A stretch of 63,887 bases of DNA, filler included, from Octopus bimaculoides (taxonomy: Eukaryota): the NCBI RefSeq assembly GCF_001194135.2. It is 5 parts of 4 records of this genome, joined end to end, with 100 filler letters (N's around TTAATTAATTAA, not from the genome) between each part and the next. Parts side by side here need not be neighbours in the genome. Positions count along the whole stretch, not along the records: positions 23,740 to 41,816 come from NC_068999.1; positions 41,917 to 55,193 come from NC_068982.1; 3 more parts are not named here. One strand, written 5' to 3'. Shown in pieces: positions 36,533 through 48,734 of the stretch. The notes beneath the pieces were generated by a model, which had not been told where the DNA came from, did not search any database, and saw only the letters and a program-made list of their open reading frames with translations. Position 1 is the first letter of the stretch. Each line of letters begins with the position of its first letter. Both the position numbers and the translations under genes were made by a program.

Positions 36533-37920
36533 GAGAGAGTCAGAGAGAGAGATGAGAGTCAGAGACAGAGAGAGAGAGTGAGAGAGAGAGATGAGAGACA
36601 GAGAGAGAGAGATGAGAATCAGAGAGAGATGAGAGTCAGAGACAGAGAGAGAGAGTCAGAGAGAGAGTCAGAGAGAGAGATGAGAGTCAGAGACAGAGAG
36701 AGATTCAGAGAGAGAGATGAGAGTGAGAAAGAGAGAGAGAGTGAGAGAGAGAGATGAGAGACAGAGAGAGAGAGATGAGAATCAGAGAGAGAGAGAGTCA
36801 GACAGATAGACAGAGTGAGAGAGAGTCTTTAGATTTATGGGTGACCTTGTAACTGTGTCTACGCGTCTGTAGGCAGCCATTTGAGAAGAGGGAAATGCCA
36901 CTGGTATGCATGTGCGTGATCTGTTAGTACTGCTCTCAAATGTTGGCATAAAGCTATCAGGCTGGTGGTGACGTGGAGCGAAATCGATTACATCGACCCA
37001 CAGTGTGCAACTGGTACTTATTTTATAGACTCCGAAAGGATGAAGGGCAAAGTCGACCACGGCGGAATTTGAACCTAGAAAGTAAAGACGGACAAAATGC
37101 CTCTAAGTATATATCTCGCCGTGCTGATGATTCTACTAGCTCACCCGCCGTCTCTGATCTGCTGCTATTAGTCGTACCGTTATACTTGACTTTGCTGTTA
37201 CTTGACCCCAGATAAACCTTGAGCAAGTAAACCAATGCTCAAAGCGTTCCATCCATGATTATTTCATCCTACTTTTGGATAAATCATCCGGGTCTACATT
37301 ATGCAATGTGTGCGTTGTGTTTTGAAATAGGAAGATATAGTGTTTGGTGAATATAGCTGCTATTTCTAGTAGGCCGAATGACAATGACAAACGCCTACAT
37401 CGGTCTGGGGGCAATGATGATGGTACAGGTGCGGTCGCCTTTGTATTGGTCGTGTGGTGTGGTGTGGCCGGTGGTTGCAGACATGGTTGCAGTGGTAGTT
37501 CGGTATACCCTGTGGTGGGATAGTAATGTTGGTGATAATGATGTTGATAATGGTGGTGGTGGTTGTGGTGGTGATGGTGGTGGTGGTGGCGGTGGTGGCG
37601 GTAGTGGTGTTGTTAATGGTGCCGGTAGTTGTGGAGGTGGTTGTAGTAATGGTGAATGTGTTGCTGCAGTTGATAGTGATAGTAGTTGCGGTAGCGATAA
37701 ATGTGGTAGTAGGAGCAGTTCTAATAGTGGTGGTGGTGGTGGTAGTGGTCAAAAATGGTAGTGATGATGGTGGTGATGCAGGAGTGGTTGCAATGGTGGC
37801 AGTAGAGGTAATAATGGTGGTTGTGGTGGTGATGGTAGTGGTGGTGGATTGCGGTGGTAATGGCGGTGGTGGCTGCAATGGTGGTGGTTGCGATGGCGAT
37901 GAAGTCGGTGGCGAAAAGGA
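35650..37920. repeat. Low-complexity cluster: cryptic (GGT)n at 35650-35870 and 37480-37920, (TG)n/(TC)n/(GATA)n, and a GA-rich minisatellite at 36488-36830
   Basis: Seen directly in the sequence. It explains the poly-G/V/T/ER ORFs in the track. Confidence 0.9.
36965..37152 (-). mobile_element. SINE family B
   Basis: Similar to family B, with CpGs retained. Confidence 0.8.
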
Positions 37921-38180
37921 AGAGGGAATAGTTACATACAGTTGATGACGTGATATAGACACAGGTGTTCTCTTATTGCGTTGTTTTCATTCTTCAATTG
38001 TGAGCCAGAGTAAGCCGGGTGGCATAAGGGTAGCTGTGACAGTGGCTAGAGTCCATACATCAAGACATTGTACTCCAGAAAAGGCGTCCTGCGGTTGTTT
38101 TCATTAACTCTTCATTCAAAGCACTGCACCGAAATGCACATGACTTTGCACTCAAGTATAGTGATACTACGTGCAGCGTA

Positions 38181-38228
<48 letters not shown>

Positions 38229-38637
38229 NNNNNNNNNNNNNNNNNNNNNNNNNNNNNNNNNNNNNNNNNNNNNNNNNNNNNNNNNNNNNNNNNNNNNNNN
38301 NNNNNNNNNNNNNNNNNNNNNNNNNNNNNNNNNNNNNNNNNNNNNNNNNNNNNNNNNNNNNNNNNNNNNNNNNNNNNNNNNNNNNNNNNNNNNNNNNNNN
38401 NNNNNNNNNNNNNNNNNNNNNNNNNNNNNNNNNNNNNNNNNNNNNNNNNNNNNNNNNNNNNNNATATATATATATATATATATATACATATATATACACA
38501 CAGATATATATATATATTTGCACAGGCACACAACACACATATATGCACACACATATATATACACACACATATATATAGGAATTTATATACAAACGTATAT
38601 GTGTGTACGTATCTATACATATATATGAGTGAGTGTT

Positions 38638-38701
<64 letters not shown>

Positions 38702-40631
38702 TGTNNNNNNNNNNNNNNNNNNNNNNNNNNNNNNNNNNNNNNNNNNNNNNNNNNNNNNNNNNNNNNNNNNNNNNNNNNNNNNNNNNTACATACGTGTGTG
38801 TATATGTATTTATATAAATACATACGTATGCATATATAAATATACATGTATGTGTATGTGTATGTATATGCGTGTGGGTGAGTGTATGTGTGTGTGTGTA
38901 TATATACATGCCTTCGTATGTATACATATGCACGCGTGCACATGCAGAATGCATCTATTGTGTCAGAAAGTGTGATGGGTGTGCTTGTTATTTTCCTGCT
39001 TTTTGCTTTTCACGGCTGGATCACAGCAGTGCAAAAGAAGTAGCCGAGTGTTTCCCAGTCAGTACATATCCTCTCCAAAATCAAACCCTAGGCAATATCT
39101 TCTCACGCTGACAGACAGTGACCGACCACTTTGTAGTCCTCAGAAGGAATTTGGAGTTGATCTAACTACAGACGTACAACATGCAGGGCTACCAGCTTGA
39201 GAAAATACCTTTGTGAGTTTTAACTGTCAAATCGCTATGGGTAAAATACTGTCACTGTTGTGTGCATACCTTTGGTTTCAAAAGAGCAAGAGGAATAAAT
39301 TCAAAGAGAAAATCTGGAGTACAGTCCCAAAGGAAGTCTAGATATATAGTCTTCAATAATCTAGCATTAAACATATTGGTTTTACCTTTTATAGTTAAAG
39401 CTTCTAATTGAATAGGTGAACGTTTTCAGAATCTCTCTGGTGTAGGGATTATCGATGTCACCTGGTCTGTGGCAGATACGTGGTTTTATTTATGAAGATA
39501 AGCCTGTTCAATTTTTTTCCCTACTAATGGATATTTTATTCGATATTTTATCACTATATTTGAATTTTAACTCCTTAAAAGAGTATATCTATTTGTATGT
39601 GTCTATGTGCTTGTGTAGAAAATATGAAAGATACAAAAAATGTTCAACGAACAAGCAATTCTCACTTACTGATGTTGATGTAATCGTATTTATCAATATT
39701 GAGTTATGTAGAACCAACAGTTTGGGGCGTAATTACAGTGTGAGATGCTCGGTACAACTCTTCAGCGTGTTTCGTACCCCCCACCTCGGCAGTATAGCCA
39801 ATACATGTTATACAAGCTTCTACACCAGACTCAAAACGCTCCCCCACCAAACATACACACCTAAAACCGTGACCCTGTGTACTTCCCCTTCGACACGACC
39901 CCAAGCTATGTTACTGTAGACAGTTTCCTAAAATGGCACTATTCGGAGTTCAAATCTGAACGCTATCGACCTTCTTTTCTTTTTCAGTCCCTAACTAAGA
40001 TCAAATGATTGAGAACATATTTAGACCTAACCATGGCATTTCTAAATAGCTTTCCGACCTGCTAGAAGTGGCAGCCATTTTACCTCGGCTTACACCGTAA
40101 TGTTTATGTAAAGTAATTAAAGGATTCATTAAGTGGGACTTTTCAGAGCCCCAGAAACGACGGGCGGTCAAGGCTGGAAAGCCTTTCGTTCAAAGGTATG
40201 TTCTATCCTGCGAGTTGTAGCATTTTATTAATGTAATCTATAAATATGAACTAAATTATGAAGTATGGCTAAAAGAGACGAACGGTGAGCATTGCACCAC
40301 GTTAACCTAACTTGTCAACCGTCTGAGTTTAAAAGAGTGAGGTGTTAGAAGAGTACAGCTGTTGATTATACCTATTATACGTGTCACCTGAAAATGTGTA
40401 GCCTTGTGCATATATGTAAGCAAGAATTATTACCTAATTTACATACGTCAATATTTCAATTTAAAGACTAAAATTACAACAGCTTTTTAAAACAGGAATC
40501 GAAGCAGCTTATGCTCGTTATTGGATAAGTTATCTAATTATTATACAATGTATAAATCACGTATATCACTTCTATTTTTCATGAAAGATTTGGAAGGAAA
40601 AGCATGCTGTAAATGAAAAGTAGCATACTTG

Positions 40632-40770
40632 GGTCGGCTGAGAATTTCGTAGGCTGACTAAGATACTCTCATGGAATGTGAACAAATGAGGTTTATTTTT
40701 CAACATAGACTCTATTGCGGTCCACACTACTTCCATTAGTGTTGCAGTGCATGGATCTCATCGATGAACC
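40632..40770 (-). mobile_element. Mariner 3' end remnant with TIR
   Basis: The minus strand reads approximately IHALQH.WK.C.DRN.VYVEK*, followed by a TIR-like CAGCCTACGAAATTCTCAGCCGACCC. Confidence 0.6.
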
Positions 40771-40998
40771 ACCACAGCGCTACTGGTTCCTAACCAATTG
40801 TTTTTTCGTGTTGGAGAACAGATGATGATAGTCAGATGGAGCCAAATCAGGAAAATAGTGAGGGTGATCAACCAGTTCAAAGTCACAGTCACACACAGCA
40901 GCCATTGAAAGCAAGGATTTGTGTACTGGAGTATTATCACGAAGAAACAGGACGCCTGATATATATACTAGTATATAAAACAGGACGGTTTGGTGTTT

Positions 40999-41362
40999 CT
41001 TTTACTCTTTTACTTGTTTCAGTCATTTGACTGCGGCCATGCTGGAGCACCGCCTTTAGTCGAGCAAATCGACTCCAGGACTTATTCTTTGTAAGTCTAG
41101 TACTTATTCTATCGGGGTCTTTTGCCGAACCGCTAGGGTTACGGAGGCGTAAACAGACCGGCATCGGTTNNNNNNNNNNNNNNNNNNNNNNNNNNNNNNN
41201 NNNNNNNNNNNNNNNNNNNNNNNNNNNNNNNNNNNNNNNNNNNNNNNNNNNNNNNCATATATACGACGGGCGTCTTTCAGTTTCCGTCTACCAAATTCAC
41301 TCACAAGGCTTTGGTCGGCCCGAGGCTATAGTAGAAGACACTTGCTCAAGGTGCCACGCAGT
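40999..41362 (-). mobile_element. SINE family A
   Basis: Reverse-complement match to 25004-25515. Confidence 0.85.
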
Positions 41363-41744
41363 ATGGCATGTATAAATATTTGTGCTTACATACCTCAGAA
41401 TGTTGTGCTGAGTAGAGTAATATGTATTTCATGACATTTAACCTGAAATCGAATTCGATACACAACTAACTGTTTACAACTTGTGCTTAAAGGGAGAAAC
41501 AAGGTGGTTCTTCGTGCCATTTGGTACCTATTTTAGCGTTTTGGAGAGGGTTTTTTCTGATCCCTTTAATATAACTATGTGTATAATTATAAATTTAGTA
41601 TTTAAAATTCCCTACAAGGTTTTATTTCACACTGACACTTGATAAAATCATTAAAGTGGTTTCATCCTTAAGTCTATAATAAATATGAATAAAAATATTT
41701 TTGCTCCTAATCAAATTGCATTTACTGGGAGGTTATTTTGATAA

Positions 41745-41816
41745 TGGCCCAGTGGTTATGGCAGCGCACTCGCGGTCGGAAGATCGCGGTTTCGATTTCC
41801 AGACCGGGCGTTGTGT
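41745..41816 (+). mobile_element. SINE family C head, cut by linker
   Basis: TGGCCCAGTGGTT...GGTTTCGATTTCCAGACCGGGCG. Confidence 0.75.
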
Positions 41817-41916
41817 NNNNNNNNNNNNNNNNNNNNNNNNNNNNNNNNNNNNNNNNNNNNTTAATTAATTAANNNNNNNNNNNNNNNNNNNNNNNNNNNN
41901 NNNNNNNNNNNNNNNN
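41817..41916. other. Artificial scaffold linker
   Basis: 44N-TTAATTAATTAA-44N. Confidence 0.97.
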
Positions 41917-41928
41917 GGAATAAAATCT

Positions 41929-42134
41929 ATTTATTCCTTCATTATTGGCACTTTCGTTTCTTTCTCGAACTTGTCAAAGAAAATTTTCTGAATGTACAAA
42001 CAGCTTGTTCATTTATATAAAACAGATGTTTTTTGAGGGTTTTGTTAAGAAGAGAACATTGTTTTTTTGGGGGGGTGGGAGGTGATGGTACCATGACAAT
42101 GGAAATGGATAGATAGAAATATAGGCAGGTAGAC

Positions 42135-42203
<69 letters not shown>

Positions 42204-42352
42204 TGTTTCTTTATTGGCCACACAGGGATGAACACAGAGGGGACAAAATACAAAGTAGAGCTTTTGTTTTTGGGAAGAGATAGAAGAAATGGGGGATAGA
42301 AATTCGATCAAAAGGGATCGTGAAAAAAAAAAGGGCCGATCAATAGGGATCG

Positions 42353-42390
<38 letters not shown>

Positions 42391-42867
42391 CGTAGAGGGA
42401 GAAAGAGAGAAGGGGTAACCCCTTTCCTATTCACCATTTATTTATTTATTTATTCATTTAGTTCTTTACCATTGTACTGGAATGGGTTTAAGGATAGTGA
42501 CCTCTTCAAAAAAAAAAAAAGCAGGTGCAGCCTGGTCATCACTGAAAGTGATTTTGCTTTCTTTTTCTCTTCCCCTTTCCCCCCTTCCTTCTTTTTTCTC
42601 CTCTTACTTTTTCTCCTCTTTCAGTTATATTTAGAATACAAAATGTACTGTCTCCCATTCCAAACATTCAATTTTGGAGGGAATTTTTTTCATGAAATGT
42701 AGTTCTGCATGAAATAACATTAGTATAATATTTACTAGTTAACAATTCAAAAAAATAAATAAATAAATAAAATAAAAGGAAAAATGGTAACGTTCTAATT
42801 AAATAAATAAATAAATGGTGAATAGGAAGAGCGATACCCCTTCTCTCTCTTTCCCTCTACCTAACTG

Positions 42868-42933
<66 letters not shown>

Positions 42934-43139
42934 AGCCTATCTTACCTACCTATATTTCTATCTATTCATATCCATTGTCGTGGAACCTCACTCAAAAAAA
43001 CAAAAACAATGTTCTCTTCTAAACAAAACCCCTAAAAACATCTGTTTTTTATAAAAATGAACAAGCTGTTTGTACATTCAGAAAATTTTCTTTGACAAGT
43101 TCGAGAAGGGAACGAAAGCATTAATAATGAAGAAATAAA
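41929..43139. repeat. Diverged inverted repeat (about 41929-42452 vs 42800-43139) with internal (GATA)n
   Basis: The arms are reverse complements. The left arm has an extra ~150-bp insert between two (GATA)n runs. Confidence 0.88.
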
Positions 43140-43179
43140 AAGACTTTTTTCCAAAATTCTGACGACTTTTTTCTCTCCT

Positions 43180-43350
43180 TTTTTCACTCCTTGTTTCTCT
43201 CCTTGTTTCTTTCTGTGTTCCTTTCTCTGGAAGAGCGTAGGCTCGAAACGTTAAAGACATTTTCAATTCCTGAGCGTTATACTTATACATCTGTTTGTTT
43301 TCTACACCACCTATCTTCGTATGTTGTTTCTTTATGAATTCTCCCTATAT
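43180..43350 (+). mobile_element. PLE-terminus-like repeat ending at (TA)n
   Basis: Same family as 28060-28225. Confidence 0.75.
43221..43256 (+). ncRNA. Hammerhead-like motif, core CUCUGGA (more degenerate)
   Basis: CUUU / CUCUGGA / A / GAGC-GUAG-GCUC / GAAACGU-U / AAAG. Confidence 0.45.
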
Positions 43351-43824
43351 ATANNNNNNNNNNNNNNNNNNNNNNNNNNNNNNNNNNNNNNNNNNNNNNN
43401 NNNNNNNNNNNNNNNNNNNNNNNNNNNNNNNNNNNNNNNNNNNNNNNNNNNNNNNNNNNNNNNNNNNNNNNNNNNNNNNNNNNNNNNNNNNNNNNNNNNN
43501 NNNNNNNNNNNNNNNNNNNNNNNNNNNNNNNNNNNNNNNNNNNNNNNNNNNNNNNNNNNNNNNNNNNNNNNNNNNNNNNNNNNNNNNNNNNNNNNNNNNN
43601 NNNNNNNNNNNNNNNNNNNNNNNNNNNNNNNNNNNNNNNNNNNNNNNNNNNNNNNNNNNNNNNNNNNNNNNNNNNNNNNNNNNNNNNNNNNNNNNNNNNN
43701 NNNNNNNNNNNNNNNNNNNNNNNTATATATATATATATATATATAAAGGAATACAAAAAATGAGACAAGAACGCAAAACATCCAGACAGCTAAATTTTCA
43801 CTCAGTCAGACTGAACCCCTGAGT

Positions 43825-43869
43825 CATGTGGCTGGAAGCCATGTGGCTGGAAGCCATGTGGCTGGAAGC
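43825..43869. repeat. 15-bp unit x3 (CATGTGGCTGGAAGC) inside a SINE-A remnant
   Basis: Seen directly in the sequence. Confidence 0.9.
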
Positions 43870-44284
43870 CAAGTTTCTTACAGCACACCACTCGCACACA
43901 CATTCACTGATAAGCACACACAACCAGAAGCATCAACTTATAACTGTTATTATGATTTGTGTAATGTCTTCCACATTTGTTCATTTAGCTTGAGCTGACA
44001 TTATAGTGTGACCTGTGTCTCAACACCAAAAAATGTATCATAGATTTTTAGATGACGTTTCATCAAAAGCGTGGCAGTGAAAATATAGGCGATTACGATC
44101 TACCGATGTCAATGACATATCTGAGTCAGAATATGGGACGATCGCAACCGGAAGTCAAGTATCCTGGGTGATTTTTGGAGTTTATTTACTTTAGTAAGAG
44201 CATCAGTATCAGTACACTGTATTACTTATGGGTCTAATCGTAGCCGCTCTGTTTTCGTTCTAACATATAAAAATAGTAGCCAAA

Positions 44285-44695
44285 TTTCTCTTGTATCACA
44301 ACTTGATCGGTGTTGTTGGCACTCCGTCGCTTACGACGTCGAGGGTTCCAGTTAATCCGATCAACGGAACAGCTTGCTCGTGAAATTAACATGCAAGTGG
44401 CTGAGCACTCCACGGACACGTGTACCCTTAACGTAGTTCTCGGGGATATTCAGTGCGACACAGTGTTACAAGGCTGACCCTTTGAATTACAGGCACAACA
44501 GAAACAGGAAGTAAGAGTGAGAGAAAGTTGTGGTGAAAGAGTACAGCAGGGTTCGCCACCATCCCCTGCCAGAGCCTCACGGAGCTTTAGGTGTTTTCGC
44601 TCAATAAACACTCACAACGCCCAGTCTGGGAATCGAAACCGTGATCATTTGTCCGCGAGTCCGCTGCCATAACCACTGGGCCATTGCGCCTCCAC
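44285..44695 (-). mobile_element. SINE family C head joined to a different 3' region
   Basis: 44500-44695 matches the family-C head. The downstream part differs from the 57003 copy. Confidence 0.65.
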
Positions 44696-44724
44696 CTAGT
44701 CATAATCATGTACTTAAGAAACTC

Positions 44725-45062
44725 GTTTTGCCATAATTTTGCTTTGAGTTCATTCCCACTGCGCGGCGCAGTGGACAGGTATTTTCTACTATAGCCTGGT
44801 GATTGAATTTGGTTGATGGAAACTGTGTGGAATCTTATTGTAAGTCTGTGTGAGTATTTGTGTTTGTGTTTGCTTACTCCACACCGATTGACAACTGGCG
44901 ATGTTTCTTTTATGTCCCGGTAACTTGGTGGTTCAGTAGAAGAGATCGAGAGTAAATACCAGACTTAAAAACAAATAAATACTGGAGTCGATTTGTTCGT
45001 TTAAAGCCATCTAGACCTTGCCCCAGAATGGCCTCAATCCAACGAGTGAAACAAGTATATGA
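44725..45062 (+). mobile_element. SINE family A, diverged
   Basis: Similar to family A. Confidence 0.7.
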
Positions 45063-45212
45063 TGATAACGTAAAGCTGGGTACATTATACTATAAAGAAA
45101 TACAGGTGCCTACAACTTGTATATTTTTGATCGTAAATCTGATCAATCAAGAGTGTTCTTATTGTATATCAAGGACAGCAGCATCCAATGTGTGAACGTC
45201 TTTTTATTTTAA

Positions 45213-45675
45213 AGTAGTATGAAGATTCCAAATAGGTTGGTGGCAAGTACACAGCCCTCTTTCACGTCGCTGTGTCTGTTGAATGCCTCCGAAAAAGAGC
45301 CATCAAGCTGAACGATGCCTTTCATGTCCGTGGGAAATGATTGAACAATCCTGAGAAGTCTTGGAGGACATCCAATCTTGGCAAGGATTTTGAACAGGCC
45401 GAATCTACTGACTAGGTTAAAAGCCTTTGTGAGGTCGATGAAGGTGATAAAGAGTGGTTGTCTTTGCTCTCGGCACTTTTTCTGTAGCTGTCGGAGAGAA
45501 ATCATGTTGATTGTGGAGCGTTTTCCTCTGAAATTACACTGAAATTCGGGGTATACCCTTTCAGCGATTTTCTGTAGCCTATCTAGGGACACGCAGGAAA
45601 AGACTTTCCCAATGATGCTTAACAGCGCGATGCCTTGTTAGTTATTGCAGTCGCTTTTGTCTTCTTTGTTCTTAT
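45213..45675 (-). mobile_element. RTE-clade LINE reverse transcriptase fragment
   Basis: GIALLSIIGKVF...YPEFQCNFRGKRSTINM..LRQLQKKCREQ..PLFITFIDLTKAFNLVSR...GCPP...EGCVLA..LF. Confidence 0.9.
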
Positions 45676-45728
45676 ATATGTGTGTATGTATGTACATATA
45701 TATATTATATATACACACACACACACAC

Positions 45729-45759
<31 letters not shown>

Positions 45760-45956
45760 CAAATATATATATACATACACACATATNNNNNNNNNNNNNN
45801 NNNNNNNNNNNNNNNNNNNNNNNNNNNNNNNNNNNNNNNNNNNNNNNNNNNNNNNNNNNNNNNNNNNAGCGCGATGCCTTGTTAGTTATTGCAGTCGCTT
45901 TTGTCTTCTTTGTTCTTATATATGTGTGTATGTATGTACATATATATATTATATAT

Positions 45957-45989
<33 letters not shown>

Positions 45990-47926
45990 CTTATTTTCTT
46001 CCATCATTATGATTTGAGAAATGATCCAATAAAGTGATTACTTTTAGTAATTTCATTGAAATTGGAAATAGAAGTTTCCATTAGCTGTTTTTTGGGTTGT
46101 TATTTTTTTCACAATTATTGGCAATGTGAGAAAAGTTACAAGCAGACATTAAAAACCAGTTATGGATTTATCGTAGCCAAAATTTCCATCATATACTCTC
46201 GTCTTTTACAAATATTTATACTGCATCATTCTACTTCCTTCAGATTCCACTACCATTCCTTCATGTGTCCCTCATCTACTATCAGTTAACTGGGGTACTA
46301 TTTCCATTCCCCAAAGAGCGTTTTTCTCAGTCGAATGACTGATTACGTTACGAATTTTAGTTCTAAATGTCATCCAGGGAAAAGAGGTACTTTAGTATTT
46401 TTTAGTCTTCTTTGGTGTAGGCGTCTCCTTCGCTAAATATTGTTCATATTTGTACTGCTGGATAACAGTGTTTGGCAGTATTCTTGTAACCAACACAGTT
46501 CCGATTATTCTTGGTGCTTCTATTACATTTTTTGCAACTGCTACTTCACTTTTAGCGTCGATATGTTGTTTCTGTCATTAATGGTAATGCTTTCTAAGTA
46601 GAGAAAGGTATGAATCGATATCGGCATGACATGCAGAAAGTAAAAAGACCTAGTCAAAGGACTGGCCAGTGCTTTACTGATATTGTCAATCGGCGTCTTC
46701 TGATGGTTTTGATACTGTTGCTGTCTTTTCTGTTTTATTGTATTTATTGTTACTATCATTAAAAGCAACGACTGCCAGAGATAGTAAGACAAAAAGACCG
46801 GATTATATGTTTTCTGGTACTTTCTAACGAATATTTACGTTTTGAATTCAAATCCGTTCTGGCTGAAGTCGGTTTCATTTTATATCTTTCTAATGTAAAT
46901 TTCTCCCATTTTATAATGTTTTTATTTTCTTTCACGGACTAAATGATAGGGACTTTACTCTTCCAATGCATAAAATGTAAGTTTTAAATAAATTTCTTGA
47001 AAAAAATCTACAAGGGCTCCAAGTTTATTAGCATTTTAGAGGGGTAAACTTAAGCAATGAAAAGAGATTAAAATGCTACACGCGATTACTTCTAAACAAT
47101 ACTTATAATTGTTGCATAGAGACAGTCAACAATGAAATATCTACGTAAACATAATAATCGATTCATAAAGAACAAACGTCTTTATTTTAAATCTGGTACT
47201 GCAATTGAAAAACCACTTATTTTCATATCAGCCTCGGGCTAGGAGAGATAATTTTATTTGTTTTAACGACCGAGAAAAGAAAAATGCAAATGATGATTAA
47301 AATGATTGTGACAACGAGAAGATGATTATGATTACGATAATTAATACACGGTCGGTCTGCACAGAGGAATCCATAATAATTTCACACCATGTTCTCACCA
47401 TAGACTCCATGCTACAGATAGTATAATTTTTCATCAAATTTGAATTCAATTCTCCAGCGTAACATTTCCTTCGTCTTTTAATGAAGCCTAATTTTATATA
47501 TTTGTTATCGTGTATATTGTTATAGTTGTGCAATAAATTATTGAAGTTTCAGCAACTTTACTTGAAACATACGCTTTGAATAAATTACATGGAGACATCT
47601 ACGAAGATTCAGTATCTATTTCAGTTATCAAGAGGATTATAATTGTGCCCCGAGAAAAGGTTAAAATGCTGCATAGAAAGATAGTGAACTCAAGCACTTT
47701 CCTTTTTCAAAATCTCTACATGCGATTGCTTCTGAACAATACCTATGGTTGTTGTTTCCAGATATTTAACAACTGAATGCCTACATAAACAAAATTATCG
47801 ATTCATAAGCTAGGAACAAATCAAGTCTTTATTTTAAATCTGATACAGCATCTGAAAACTTAATTTTACTCCTGACACAAGACCTTTATCAGTTGTAGCT
47901 CACAGACATATTTTATATTCACTTAC

Positions 47927-48090
47927 CTACCGCTGAAAAAATGATATATGAGTATGATGACAACGATAATGGCGGCAGACGATGATGTTGATGATGAGGA
48001 TGAAGATAATAACGACGACGACGGTGGTAGTGGTGGTAGTAGTGAAAGTTTCTTTTGATTTTGTTTGATGTGTTTTCTTTTTTCCTCCAT
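47927..48090 (-). CDS. Candidate first coding exon with a signal-anchor-like segment (unverified)
   Basis: caacATGG start and an open frame MEEKRKHIKQNQKKLSLLPPLPPSSSLLSSSSSTSSSAAIIVVIILIYHFFSG to an AG|GTAAGT donor. Largely low-complexity. Confidence 0.25.
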
Positions 48091-48279
48091 GTTGGAAGCA
48101 AACAGTATAATTCTAATGACCCGGAAAGAACAAGAGGTGAATTTGAATATGGTTGAGTTTGAACAGCAAACCGCCGGAGATCGGATAAGATACTGTTAAC
48201 ATTTTTATTATATTAGCTAATGTCACTGTTATTATGATAGTTAGTTTTCTCCCTTGTGGCTTTGAGCGTGGCTAATATT

Positions 48280-48462
48280 GATTTCAAATTTTGGCACAAG
48301 GTCAGCAATTCCGGGAAACCGGGTAAGTTGATTACATCGATCCCAGTGCTCGACTCGTGCTTATCTTATCAACCCTGAAAAAATGAAAGGCAAAGTCGAC
48401 CTGGGAATGCCGTTAAGCATTTTGCCCTGCATACTAACGAATTCTGCCAGCTCGCCGCCTTG
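48280..48462 (-). mobile_element. SINE family B with internal deletion
   Basis: Similar to family B. Confidence 0.75.
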
Positions 48463-48734
48463 AGCGTTGATAATATCGATAAATAAATTGCCATCTATTT
48501 TGTTGTCCCTAGAGTGACGGAAAAGTAAGGTCGATTCAAGTGAAATTGGAACAAAGAATATGAGGTACAGATTTAGAAAGGAAAAGCATCTGATATCATT
48601 TAGACACCACCACTACAACTACTAATTATTACTTTTAACAAAAGTACAAAGCCAGAAATTGGAGGGGAAGAAAGCAGTCGATTATATCAACCACAATACT
48701 TCAATGGTACTTTAGATCATAGATCCTGGAGGTT

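Noticed and set aside
38979-39919. ORFs 38979-39200, 39455-39919 and 39704-39904
   Set aside because: No recognisable domain, some use non-ATG starts, and there is no convincing splice framing.
43091-43125. UUGACAA-GUUC..GAAC-GAAA resembling a U3-A8 hammerhead variant
   Set aside because: No UH cleavage triplet or adjacent stem I partner, and the mirrored copy differs after GAAA.
45624-45990. Duplicated RTE end plus microsatellite on both sides of an N gap
   Set aside because: Typical gap-flank redundancy.
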